Positions 53,166 to 64,000 of a stretch of DNA of 64,000 bases are shown here, piece by piece. The position numbers were made by a program, and so were the translations under genes. The notes under the pieces are model-generated. The model was not told the origin of the DNA and made no database searches. It saw nothing but the letters and a program-made list of their open reading frames with translations. The DNA is taken from NCBI GenBank assembly GCA_038496445.1, contig JALMLS010000072.1, positions 62,001 to 126,000 on the forward strand, given 5' to 3'. Source of the stretch: Trichosphaerium sp. ATCC 40318 (lineage: Eukaryota; Protista; Tubulinea). Every line of letters begins with the position of its first letter. Positions within the stretch are counted from its first letter, which is position 1.

Positions 53166-54966
53166 TTACAGAGCGTTTTTGCGCTTTGCTTTGATGACCT
53201 TGATACGTTCAATAGGACTGAATTCAAGCTCTTCTAATACATCTGAGGTGATGTCTCCAGGTTTGATACCTGATTCATTCATCAACGATCCAAGTTCTTG
53301 TGCTCTTGCACTTGAAATACCCAACGTCGCCAATGCTGATTGCCAATTAAATTTGGGAGTAGCGATTGATTGATTTTCTTGAGGTGGACAGAACTCCGAC
53401 TAAATGAACAAATTAAATGTGAAGAAAATAAAATTAAAACAAGACACCTTTGTGTGAGCAACTGAAACATGAGGCTTGTCATTCCATGATTGTTGAGATA
53501 ACAGTGACATATTGTAATTTGATGAAACAGATTCAACATTTAAGGTATCTACATCAATTGGCAAGTGATGATTGTCAACCTAAATACCATGTGAGATAGG
53601 TGTGCTTGTTTTCCAGTACTTACATTGTTGATGTATTCATCTCGATTTTGTTGTATTTTAAAGGCTTCAAGGGTATTTTGAATGATATCTAGATGTTCAG
53701 GATCATCTCCAAACTTGGTGTAATCATGATTGGGATCAACCACAGCTTTTGACAAGTACTTATCTTTTCTGTCTTCTTTTACCTCTGACTTCATTGCTTT
53801 CACAGCATCATCATTTTTATCTTTTGACGTTACTTTATCTGTTGCGGTTACTTTACTGACCGCTTTAAAGTGCTTAAGGATTGTTAGACAAAAAGAAAGA
53901 CAAATAAGATTTCAAAGTACCTTTTGATAATTAGTGAATGTTAACTTTTGTGGCGTTGATTGACCATGTTCATTATTTCCACCTGTGACCAACTGAAAGT
54001 CATGAGATATTGCCAAGTAATCATGTGCTTTATTGGCAAACTCGACATATTTTCCAGGTAATTTTAGTGGTTTGTTTGATGAGAACGAACCAATCCATTT
54101 TCCACTGCCCCAACCAAACAAACAACCTTCATCATCAATCGCAAATGATGTACACACACCAGCGTGTACGGATTTGATGTTATTGAGTCCATGAATGATA
54201 GCCTGGGCATGCTTGTGGTCAGTGCCGAACCCAAGACGCCCATCCTGTTGACTCCAAAAGGAAATACTTGTCCTGACTTGAGGAGAACAAGTACATGACA
54301 ATAACCAACAGCAATATCAGTGGCATCATCAATACTTGGAACACGTGAAATTGTCTTTGGTTTCAAGAATAATGATTTATCTTTTGCTTTATGTTTGGTT
54401 GTTCCCCAAAGAAAGATATGACCTGTTGATGTCATTGCTCCACTTACATAGCGATTAGTTTGAATTTTGTTGACATGATCTAGACTTGTAATACGTTTCG
54501 GTGAGTTTACTTTCTCCTTGTCGAATGAATGGCCCAATCCATCCCATCTGTTGTCTCCCCAAGAGTAGACATGACCTGATTGTGATAACGCCATACTCGC
54601 ATAATAAGCAGAGACTTTCGTGATATTGTTGAGATATGGAACACGTGTTGGTGACGAAACAGGTGACTTGAAGTGGCCCAGACCCAATGACCCATTAAAA
54701 TTGTATCCCCATGAATACATAATACCGTTTGAATCAACTGCAAGGCTATGAAGGGATCCAGCAGCAATACAGACGATATTTAGGAGTGACTTAATTGGTC
54801 TTGCGATAGGACTCGTATTTTCGTCTGTGTTACCCAATTGGCGGCAATAGTTTTGTCCCCACGTGTAAACAAAGCCATCGTCTGCGATTACCATTGAATG
54901 TTTGTAACCAGAGGCCAAACGGTTAATATATTGTAATCTAACCGACGAAGTTTGCGGCTCTGCCAT
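53166..54966 (-). CDS. RCC1-like beta-propeller protein with C-terminal SAM-like domain; one -1 frame break near 54245-54250
   Basis: RCC1 blades (ASGYKHS...VYTWGQNYCRQLG; AAGSLHSLAV...YSWGYNFNGSLGLG). Last exon FNWQSALATLGISSARAQELGSLMNESGIKPGDITSDVLEELEFSPIERIKVIKA. Confidence 0.75.
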
Positions 54967-55715
54967 TACTGAAGAACTGATTTATCTTGATAAAAATCCA
55001 ATCAGGCGGTTGGAAAATTAACTCCTTCAGGTACGGGTTTTGTTACCGAGCAGACAATAAATTCGCACTCGCATCGTATATTAAGTTACACTAGACTGCT
55101 TAACCAGAGTCGCAGTTTATCCTACTGCCAACGGGTTGACTACTTTAGGAGGAGTTGAAGCACTTAAAACTCGTGCAAACTGAATGCAATAAATAAAATA
55201 GTTGTTGTTAGCTACATTGTCCATCGTATCACCCCTTATGTTGTACCATTAGTTCTGTTTAAAAACTAAGAGTACCTATATATTAGAAGGTTAACAGTAT
55301 TGTGCAAAACTGGGATAAACTCCCATGAATAGGTGAAGTTTTCAAATGGATTTTCTTCTGCAGTGTCTTCAGTAAACTGCCGTTCTCTTAAGAAACGCCT
55401 ATCAACTTTTGAAGGTGGAATACCTGTTTTTGCTTCTCTAGTATTTAAGACATCAAATGCGGCATCCGTTGTTTCCTAGTCTTACGTTAGATTGTACAAC
55501 TCTCATTATCTGTTAATCCCGTTTAGTATGGGTTAAATTTATATAGTTGCATAGTATATTCATATCACGTGCATTGAATTATACTACCTATATATTTGTA
55601 TACGTCTATATATACGAAGAGTAGTAATTAGATATTTTTACATGTTTTTATTACGGTCTTTTACAAAGGTTCTTTGTTTTTGGGATTTTTTTTTTCAAAA
55701 GGTTTTTTTTTTTCA

Positions 55716-58700
55716 TTACGGAGGTAAGCAAACTTCATCGCCATCTTGGAATTCTTTAGAAGCAGTCTGACCTTCCAGAGAGAAAACAATATTTAGTTTC
55801 GCCTTCTTCCTACTGCGTCCCAAGTCAGGAAACCCAGATATCGTGCTCTTTGTCCCAGATTTAATGTGAAGCCTTCCAGTACCCTAAAACGAAGAAAAAA
55901 AAATCAGCAAAGCAAAACCAAAGTACATAAAAGTTGAAGAGAAATAAAAGCATTGTTGCCAAATAGTAAACATATTAAGGACACAAATGAAGAAACAAGG
56001 AGTAAAGTAGTGTTTTTTTTTGAATCATAAAAATCACTTTCTTTTTTTTCCTTTTTTTCTTTTTTTTCAGTTCGTTGGTTTACCTGTTGGTTCATTATAT
56101 CTTTTAATACTTTAGTTACATCTGTTTGCCGTTCACCAATACCATACGTTGCTGTAAGTATAACAAGACCATTATCCTCAAGTTTATCAAGCATAAGATC
56201 TGCATTAAGCAAGAAAGTATCAAGTGCTGTTTTGATATCATTAAACAATGATTTAATCTCAGGGCTATCAATAACCCAACTTCCTTTCTGAGTCTTTATC
56301 TCCAAATGCTCTAAAACAAAAAGAATCAAAAATCACGTGACTTTACAACATAACAAAAACAATAAAGAAATGATCGAGAATTTCCTCCAAGCGGTCAAGA
56401 AGACAAGAAAAAAACCGTAAAATGAAGTTCATCAACCAAAAGAAAAATCACGTGATTTATCGGAAATTCACAAGCACGAAAAAAAAGGAGTATAAGACTT
56501 ACGGCCCATGGAAACTTCAATGAGAGGAGAGAAATGCATCATAACCTTGAGATTATAAGTATTCTTTTTCTTAACCTTGACTTCTTCTGCGATTATTATC
56601 GAATCATTAAAAAGCCAAATTCTAGCTCTGAATGGCTTAGCTGATGGGGGAGAAGCCATCACAGCGCCATCTCGGATATACAGACGATCCCTCTTTGTTG
56701 ACAACTCCTATACAATTGTCAATCACTTGCAAGTTTTCAAAAGACATACTGTGTCGCCTGCGCTAACTAAGATTTCTTCAATGTCTCTAAGCTTGTTTCT
56801 GTTATCTGCTACTCGTTTCGTATCATTCAGATGTTTATTCAATGCTTGAACCTTCTCCTGAGCCTTAATCAAATCACCATAATCAGAATGAGACTCTTCT
56901 GTGAACTTCAAAAGCTCCTAAACAAAAAAACCTGTTAATGGATTTTCTTTCAAATCCTTCTAGCAACACTTACTCTGAATAACAATTGGTATCGCGGTAA
57001 CCTTTGAACTGGCATAATCAATAAACTCTCTAGATCAAGCCTAGATTTTGATTTCGCTCGACAAGCCTAAAAGAAAAGCGTGAGTAAACCAAAAAAAAAA
57101 CCCCAAAAAAGTAACTCACATCCAGAAAGTGTTTGAATTTCGATGCTGAAGAACGTGTCTTTTCAAGCTTCTTGTACGAGATCATAGCTTGATCATATCC
57201 ATTAACGTATGTAGAATAAATAGGCATCATAGGTAACTAATAATGCGCATTAGAGAACAAAAAAAAAAGACAATCAAGACGAACCATATCAAGGAAAATA
57301 TCACCAACTTTAGTAGTTGTTGGCCACATCTTCAACCGAGCTTCAAGTGCATCACGCAGTTGTACATTAAGCTGATATAATGTTTCCATTGAACTGAATA
57401 AATCATGAATCTGAGCAGGTGTGATCCATGAATGTGACTTGGATCGAAGAGGCTTGAGATAAAACTACACGGAAAACATTAAAAAAACGAAAAAAAAAAC
57501 TGTACTCACTTCAATACAGATTTGAAGGTTCTCAACATAGGCTTGCTCTGTTTGCAACAGCTCAAATAAAATCTTAGCACGCTGTCTAAGCTCTTTAGAA
57601 GACTTAGAAGCCTTATAATCGACAACTAAATGTACAATAAGCAAAAAAAAAAACACATATAAAACAAAAACTGGTACCAAGCTTATTAACATAATCACGT
57701 GTAACCCAAGAAACGATAAAGTTTTGAAGCTTTGCAATCTTGGCCATATCATAGTCACCAGATGATTGCTTTGATTTAAAACCAACTGGTCTAAGTACGC
57801 CTGATTGCCTAACAGCCTCTTGCTCGTCCTTAAGACTCATCTCAAGCTAAAAAACAGAATAAGCAAATGTTGTGATCAAACTGGCTTACCTCTTTTTTTT
57901 CAGGTTTAGGCTTCTTTTTAGGCGTTGAAGGTAATGGTCTTACTTCCTTTTTCTTTACAGGAAATACTGAGAATGCTGTCATACGTCTACTATCATTCTC
58001 ATTAATGCGGAGTTGTTGTAAACCGCGGACAACAGAGGAAAGTGTAAAGTTAACAGCAAGCGCGTGTTGCTTGATTTTCTCAGCGCGTTGCTTAGGAGGT
58101 AGTTTAGATTCAGAAGCCTCTGGGTTTGTTAATAGATGTGCTGCATCTAACAGAGCTTTTACAGCATTTCTGCAAAAGACATGAGATAAAGAAATCAACT
58201 TCTAAAAAAAAATGTACCCAAACTGAGCAGCGCATGAAGAAATGTTTGTATGAACATCTGCTTCAAGCTCTAGTGAGTTATCTCCAAGTAGATTAACAAC
58301 CTTATCAGTTCTACTCTTTGTGATCTCCAAAGATTTATCAAAAAGGGACCTATAGACACTACTTTAGACCAAACAAATAAAAAGTAATCAGAAAAAAAAC
58401 CAAGTCATACCTAGCTTCTTTTGTTGTCATTATACCCTCATGCTGTTCATTCACCATACGAAGCACACGTTTAGAACTCTGTGCAACATACTTACAACAT
58501 TCTAGAAGAGTAGCATAGAAGCTATCTTGATCCTGCTTCCTCTGCTGTCTCTCTTCTTCAAGGTCTTTTCTTTCTGCTAACTCTCTTTGTGCCTTCTCTT
58601 CAGCTAACTTCTTCTCCCTCAATTTCTTTGCTTTTAGCTTAATAGCTCTCTCTCGTGCTGCTTCTTCTTCTTTCTTTGCCCTTTGTCTTGCTTCACGCTC

Positions 58701-60585
58701 CTTACGACGCTTTTCTTCTTGTTCTTTTTGCTTTCTCTGCTTATCTGCTGCAGCTTGTCTAGTCTTCGCTTTTTGTGCTTCTATACGTTTCTTTATAGCC
58801 GCTTCTTCATCGTCAGCTTGTTGTTGCTGTTGTCGCTGTTGTTGAGCACGTAAATTAGCTTCTCTTTGTTCTTGTTCTTGTCGTTTTTTGTATGGATTTT
58901 CACTTGGAAAAGATCAGCAATTTGGTTTAACAAATAAAGGTATAGTACGTTGGCAAGTTCATCTTGTTGACCATATGTGCTGCAAATTCTTGCGTATTAG
59001 CTTTTGGCGCATGTCTGTTATGTGAAGGAGAGCTATGAGGTGATTGATGTTTCTGTACAGGCCTCGCTTGAGGAATATTTTGATAGCGCTCAGCCTGCAA
59101 TTTCTGAAATAAAAAATAAATACAAAAATTATACTCCTTCATCTTTACCTGTTGTAACAACGCTTGTTGTGCCGGGGAAATATTTGAAGCATTAGTTGGT
59201 GGTGCAGTATATCTAGGCCGAGCAACAGGCTAATAAACATAAGTGAGCAGGTAACGTTAAAGATAAAGAACAAAAACCAAAAAAGTATCATATTTTCAAT
59301 AAGAAAAGTCACTTACCACGTTGCTGTAGGCAGTAGATGGTGGAGGATTATTAACTGTATTAGGAGGCCATTGGCCTGGAGAACCTGCGTTGTAGTGCGA
59401 TAGATTATTATACGCTGGTGGGTGTCCACCGTTATTGTTTAAGTGACTGTGCGCTGTATTATTATAACCTGTGTTGTAGTTGGCAGTAGGAGCTACGAAA
59501 ATGTCATTATAAATTTGTTTGAACAATTCGTCGGCAAGACAAGCCAAAATAAATGCTTGTTGAAACAAAAAAAAAATATGTTCTGTGTTGTTACCTGGAC
59601 TCCAGTTTTGATTTGGTGGTACTGCTGATTGTGTATTTACTGGAGGTACTACTGACTGTGTTGGTTCAACATAACCGCTTTGATTGGTCGCTATAACGTT
59701 GGTCAAAGGCTTAAATAAAAATAATAAAAAACACAAAAAAAGAAATAAATTAAACGACTTTTTGAGGGAAATTGTAGAGTTCGAGAAAGTGACTTACAGG
59801 ACCAATGAGCTGGTGGAGGGACTGCACTCCTTGTGCCATACAATGAAGCGTTGTTCGAGGCATAGTTTGGATACCTACAAGGCGTCATAAGGCGAGTTAA
59901 TCCGGCTAGGGAAAAATATTTTTGCGGATTTTCTTTTATCAAAAAACCCGAATTAAGCGCTACTGCGGTAATTACTGGACAAGTGGTTTGCAATTTACTT
60001 CGCGTTTCGGGTATGGACGCATATTTATGGGTGTTGTAATAAAATGAAACATTTTGTTTTCCACAGTTGGTGCAGACTGAAAGACGTAATTTCTGACTTT
60101 GAAGCGGTCAGTACGGCGGTACGTACGGTTGTGCTGCATTTGGTGATGTATGAAATGATCCTACTGGTGGTACAGCCGAACTTGTGTAGGCTAAGGAGGA
60201 ATCAGCGCAAGATTATTGGGAGGTTGTTTTTAAGCGCTCTTGCGTGAATAAAAGGAAATGAAGCGATGTTAACCGATTGATGAGGGTAAACAATTCCGTG
60301 AGTGTCCGTGGATGTACGTACAAGGTGCACCAGGCGATGTGTTGAATTGTGATGATGTATAATTCGCTGGAGGTACAGCTGTGCTGTACGCGGTGCTCGT
60401 AGCGTTGTAATTGGGTTGGTTATTATACTGGTTATAATTAGGCTGAAATACGTTAGTCTTACGTTTACTGGCAAAAACGCTTACTTGTTGATTATTTGGC
60501 GTGTATCCAGTGTTATACGCTACAGCAAGTCAATAAAACGGAAATCTTAAAGGTACTATTATCCCGTACGATAATTGTTAGACAT
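55716..60585 (-). CDS. Dbl-family RhoGEF: low-complexity N-terminus, coiled coil, helical bundle, IQ-like motif, DH-PH, and C-terminal DUF3395/lectin-like module
   Basis: DH: RAKILFELLQTEQAYVENL, YSTYVNGYDQA, LIMPVQRLPRYQLL, LLKFTEESHSDY. PH: RIWLFNDSIIIA. C-terminus: VILTATYG...DVTKVL...GFPD...KLNIVF. Confidence 0.88.
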
Positions 60586-61046
60586 ACCGCCTAACGGTGT
60601 TGTCTTTTTGATTTTCAACGCGTTTTTTCGTGTTGTAAACCTTTTGTTCTATCAATGATTCACTTTTTAAAGCATGAAACTTCATATGGTCGCAGTTATT
60701 CTTCGAGCCTTCTCGTGAAGCTAGTGCGCTCTAGGGCTTTATAATTACCCCTATTCAGTGTTTTGACGCACTTTAAAAGAAAAACAATAACCCCTATCAG
60801 TAAAGACCACGTGACGAAAAAGAAAACCAATTGTGAGTAAAAGAAACCAAGCTTTAGTGTTTGACAGCTGTGAATACAATTTGTACTTAAGCTTGGCTTG
60901 AGGAGAATTCACGTTGCCCTTAATTGATCCTTACCTTTTCAGTTCTATACATTCCCAATAGCGCATACGTGGTTATTCTACAAGCAGAGAACAATTCCCA
61001 AAGTTTGCAATCAGTTAGTTATATTGTTTATGCACGCCAACTGCAA

Positions 61047-62636
61047 ATGTTCCACCTGGACGGCGTAGACCCAGAAAATGATAAATCACAGCAAAACAGC
61101 GTAGATGGCGTAGAAAACACAAACAGCTTTCCAGTAGTTCAAGGCTTTATAGAAACGAGCCCCCTAGTGCACTCAGACAGCTCCACATCGTATGATGATA
61201 TCCCCTCATTTCTCAAAGTACCTAAAACGCCTTAATTACTTACCACACGCGAATAAACACTGTAGGGGTTCACTTGTGATGATATCACGCCACAATCACA
61301 TAAAATCGTTATTTTTGACTCAAACTTATCAATTCGTGACGCCCTTCAATCTTTAGTAACTAACGGTACGTATGTGAGTATTTTTGTCAAAGTCTAATAA
61401 GAAAAAGACGTTGATTCTGGTGTAATTTGGGACAGTGCCAAATGTAAATTCTCAGAGGTAGTCAGGTACCATATAAAGACTTATGAGTGTACACTCAACG
61501 CCAAACGGGCGGTTTTACGCTTTCTTTTGTATAATTTTTTTAATCTGACTTTTAAAGCCTTGGTGACTTTGTATCAATGCTTCGTGTGCTCCACACGACA
61601 GTAGGAGCAGCTAATAAATCATCACAGCTAGCTGACAAGGCATTACGGAACCGCATAGGCAAGATTCTTTTCATTCATTTATTCAAATGTCAATTTTGTA
61701 GATTTTCGCTTATTATAATCATTCAGGTGAATGGAAAACAATTTTACAACAGCCAGAGCTATTCGAAGATACTAATAAAGGCGTACCCAAAGACGCACCA
61801 AATTTTATAGCACTGGAACCATCAGATTCGCTGTACGATGCAGCAGTATTGTTTATTAGATACGCTTCTGTCCGTATCCCAGTTATTGATACACTAAACG
61901 ATAACACACTTACTCATGTGATGCATCCTCACCGTATCATAACATTCATTCTCAAAGTGGCACGTGCAGTGAAAATCAAAAAAAAAAAATTTGCTTTTTT
62001 TCTATTTTGCTGTCATGCGACTTTTTAGCTGCCTGGTTTTGACTTTTTTGTTCATTAGTTGCCTAAAATGCCTTGGGTGATGAAACAAACAATTTCAGAT
62101 CTATCTAAGCAACTTGCTGGATTCACAGCATCATCAATACTCGATTCAGTCTCAAAAGAAACGACTCTATCAAATTTGATTAATATTCTATATACTAATA
62201 ATATGTCTCTGGTACCTATTTGTGATGCTGATGGCAAGTATATAACCTCTGTCCATTGGTGGAGGATTGCTCGGATTCAAAATTTGGCCGAATTCGAAAA
62301 GTTCTTATCTGAACCAATTGAAGCGATTTTTACTACCACAATCTCATCTACTGTACGTTTTAGTTGTTTTAACAGTATTTGGTTTGCGCGTAGACAGCCT
62401 TTTTTCTTTTAGATTTTTTCGTATGGCTTATCTTTGGTTTATAGGAGGAAGCCAGCATGGCCTGTAATATGAGCGATGCTCTTGGCACAGTTTTAGAAAA
62501 GATGTGCAGATTGAGGCAAGATACACTGCCATGTGTTGATGCTACTTCTGGACGCTTGCAAGGCATCGTACAACTTAAGTCCGTTTTGGCTTTATTGTTG
62601 GACGACATTGTAAAAGAACAAGCGATAAAGTTTTAA
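61047..62636 (+). CDS. CBS-domain protein, AMPK gamma/SNF4-like
   Basis: FTCDDITPQSHKIVIFDSNLSIRDALQSL...GVIWDS, LEPSDSLYDAAVLF...RIPVID, SLVPICDADGKY, TLPCVDATSGRLQGIV; four CBS repeats. Confidence 0.85.
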
Positions 62637-62838
62637 AAACAAAAAAAATTGAAACTAGAAAAAAAAGAGAATAAAGCAAAAAAAAATGTATTGTTAAAGC
62701 TGATCTTCTTTCAACTGTTTTGTCAAGACTAGTTTTAAGGATGGTATTGTAAACATCTTTGAAGTTAAATCTTTGGAAACGAAAAACAAAGGCGCAAGCA
62801 ATATCGTTGTAAACACTGTTTTATTTGTTTATCTAAAA

Positions 62839-63718
62839 TTACGCTTTGGAGTCAATCCATTTCTTGATTGGTTCAAGTGCTAGTACAGAATTGTACAGTT
62901 TGCTTACACGAGGTACAGGAGATAGATCAAGTGATTCAGGGATTGTCAATGAGACATCACGAATCAATCCAGTGAGTAAGAGATCAGCGAAAGTAACTTC
63001 GGTTCCTAAAAAGATGTCATTTCACTTAGGCTTTTAAAGGATCGAAAATAACGAACCGGCAAAGTAGTCTCCTTCAGTTTGACCCAAAATGGTGTCAAAA
63101 GCCTTCAACTGAGCTTTTTGAGTCTCAGCAAATGCCTTCTTGTCTGCTCCACCAAAAGCGGCTGGTACCTACGGAGAAAAGGGTCAGGATGTTTTTTTTT
63201 TTCTCGAGTTCTCTAAAAGCGAAAGAAAATGTAATGTACCCAAGCGTCACGGTAAGAGATGTACGCTGAGGCAGCTCTATCAGTGTGGTAATCCTTTACA
63301 GGATCTACACCGTATTTGCCGATTTTTCTTGCTAAGAAGCGTGTCATGGCTACGTGTTCGCATAGAACAAGACCTGAATGTAATTAGTACACTGTCAACG
63401 AATTCGTTTTTGAGTGAAGAAACGCATCAAACACGTCTCGTACCGTTCAAGTGCATGGTTGGGAGGCCTCCAAATGGGTTATCTCCACTGCTGATAATTG
63501 ATTTTTTTTTGCCAGCCCACTCGTCTGGGTAACCAATGAGTTCTTCAGTAAACTTGATGCCGTTGAGTAACATGAAGAATCTAACAGGTGTTTCAGTTTA
63601 CGTAATGAATCTAGCTTCAAGACGCGTACCTGACGCAGCCACCACGGCCAGCTATTTTACCGAGTTCAAGGTACACAAATTTAGGGACACCGCCGAGTTT
63701 ATCGTTAACTGTTGTCAT
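62839..63718 (-). CDS. Glutathione S-transferase (cytosolic, sigma-like)
   Basis: PKFVYL...GRGGCVRFFM; NPFGGLPTM..NG..LCEHVAMTRFLARKIGKYG; YFAGTEVTFADL; three GT-AG introns. Confidence 0.88.
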
Positions 63719-64000
63719 TCTTGTTGGTTTTTTGTTGATTTGAGTAACGATTTCATCGGAAATTCACATTTTTTCGCTCCATTTAGAAAAGCTTCCGAGG
63801 GTGATGTATTTAGCGAGGAAATAAAACTGTATGGCGCTAGAATTGTAATATGTAGTAGTGCTTGATTTGGAACAAACACGTTCACAGAGAGAAAAGAACC
63901 GTTTGACGTTTCACGTCAAAACTCATAGCACTAGCTTACAAAACATAATAAGGGCGTAAAACCGCTATCATAGTTCCCCACGTGCCAGGTATGTAAGCTA

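Noticed and set aside
55290-55480. Exon-like frame ETTDAAFDVLNTREAKTG... on the - strand
   Set aside because: I could not link it to a start codon or neighbouring gene; possibly a relic, but unsupported.

Overview
AT-rich (roughly one-third GC), gene-dense nuclear DNA of an intron-rich unicellular eukaryote. An amoeba-like protist is my inference from the short GT-AG introns, DAHP synthase, Roco protein and MT-A70 gene. The standard genetic code is used, and most ORFs in the supplied track are exon fragments or antisense noise. I assembled about 25 genes by hand. Housekeeping genes: GlnRS, Rad21/Rec8 kleisin, DAHP synthase, NAC-beta, NAGLU/GH89, AMPK-gamma-like CBS protein, GST, Rad5/16-type SNF2, RhoGEF, PhyH dioxygenase, Rnl2-like RNA ligase and an AMT6/7-like MT-A70. 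These are interleaved with an accessory, ubiquitin-rich set: six F-box-like proteins, a SAM-RBR E3, RCC1-SAM and short orphans. Main leads: (1) a MORN-Roc-COR (Roco) protein that continues into a PARP-type ADP-ribosyltransferase domain instead of a kinase, with an ambiguous junction (slippery site versus alternative intron) just before that domain; (2) about 9-fold over-representation of the palindrome CACGTG (about 58 copies by hand count), mostly in introns and intergenic DNA; (3) an F-box fused to a degenerate Rab-like GTPase; (4) structured elements in long introns of NAC-beta and GlnRS. I saw no tRNA, rRNA, CRISPR or intact transposon. Gene boundaries come from manual splicing and domain calls from motif recognition, not database searches.
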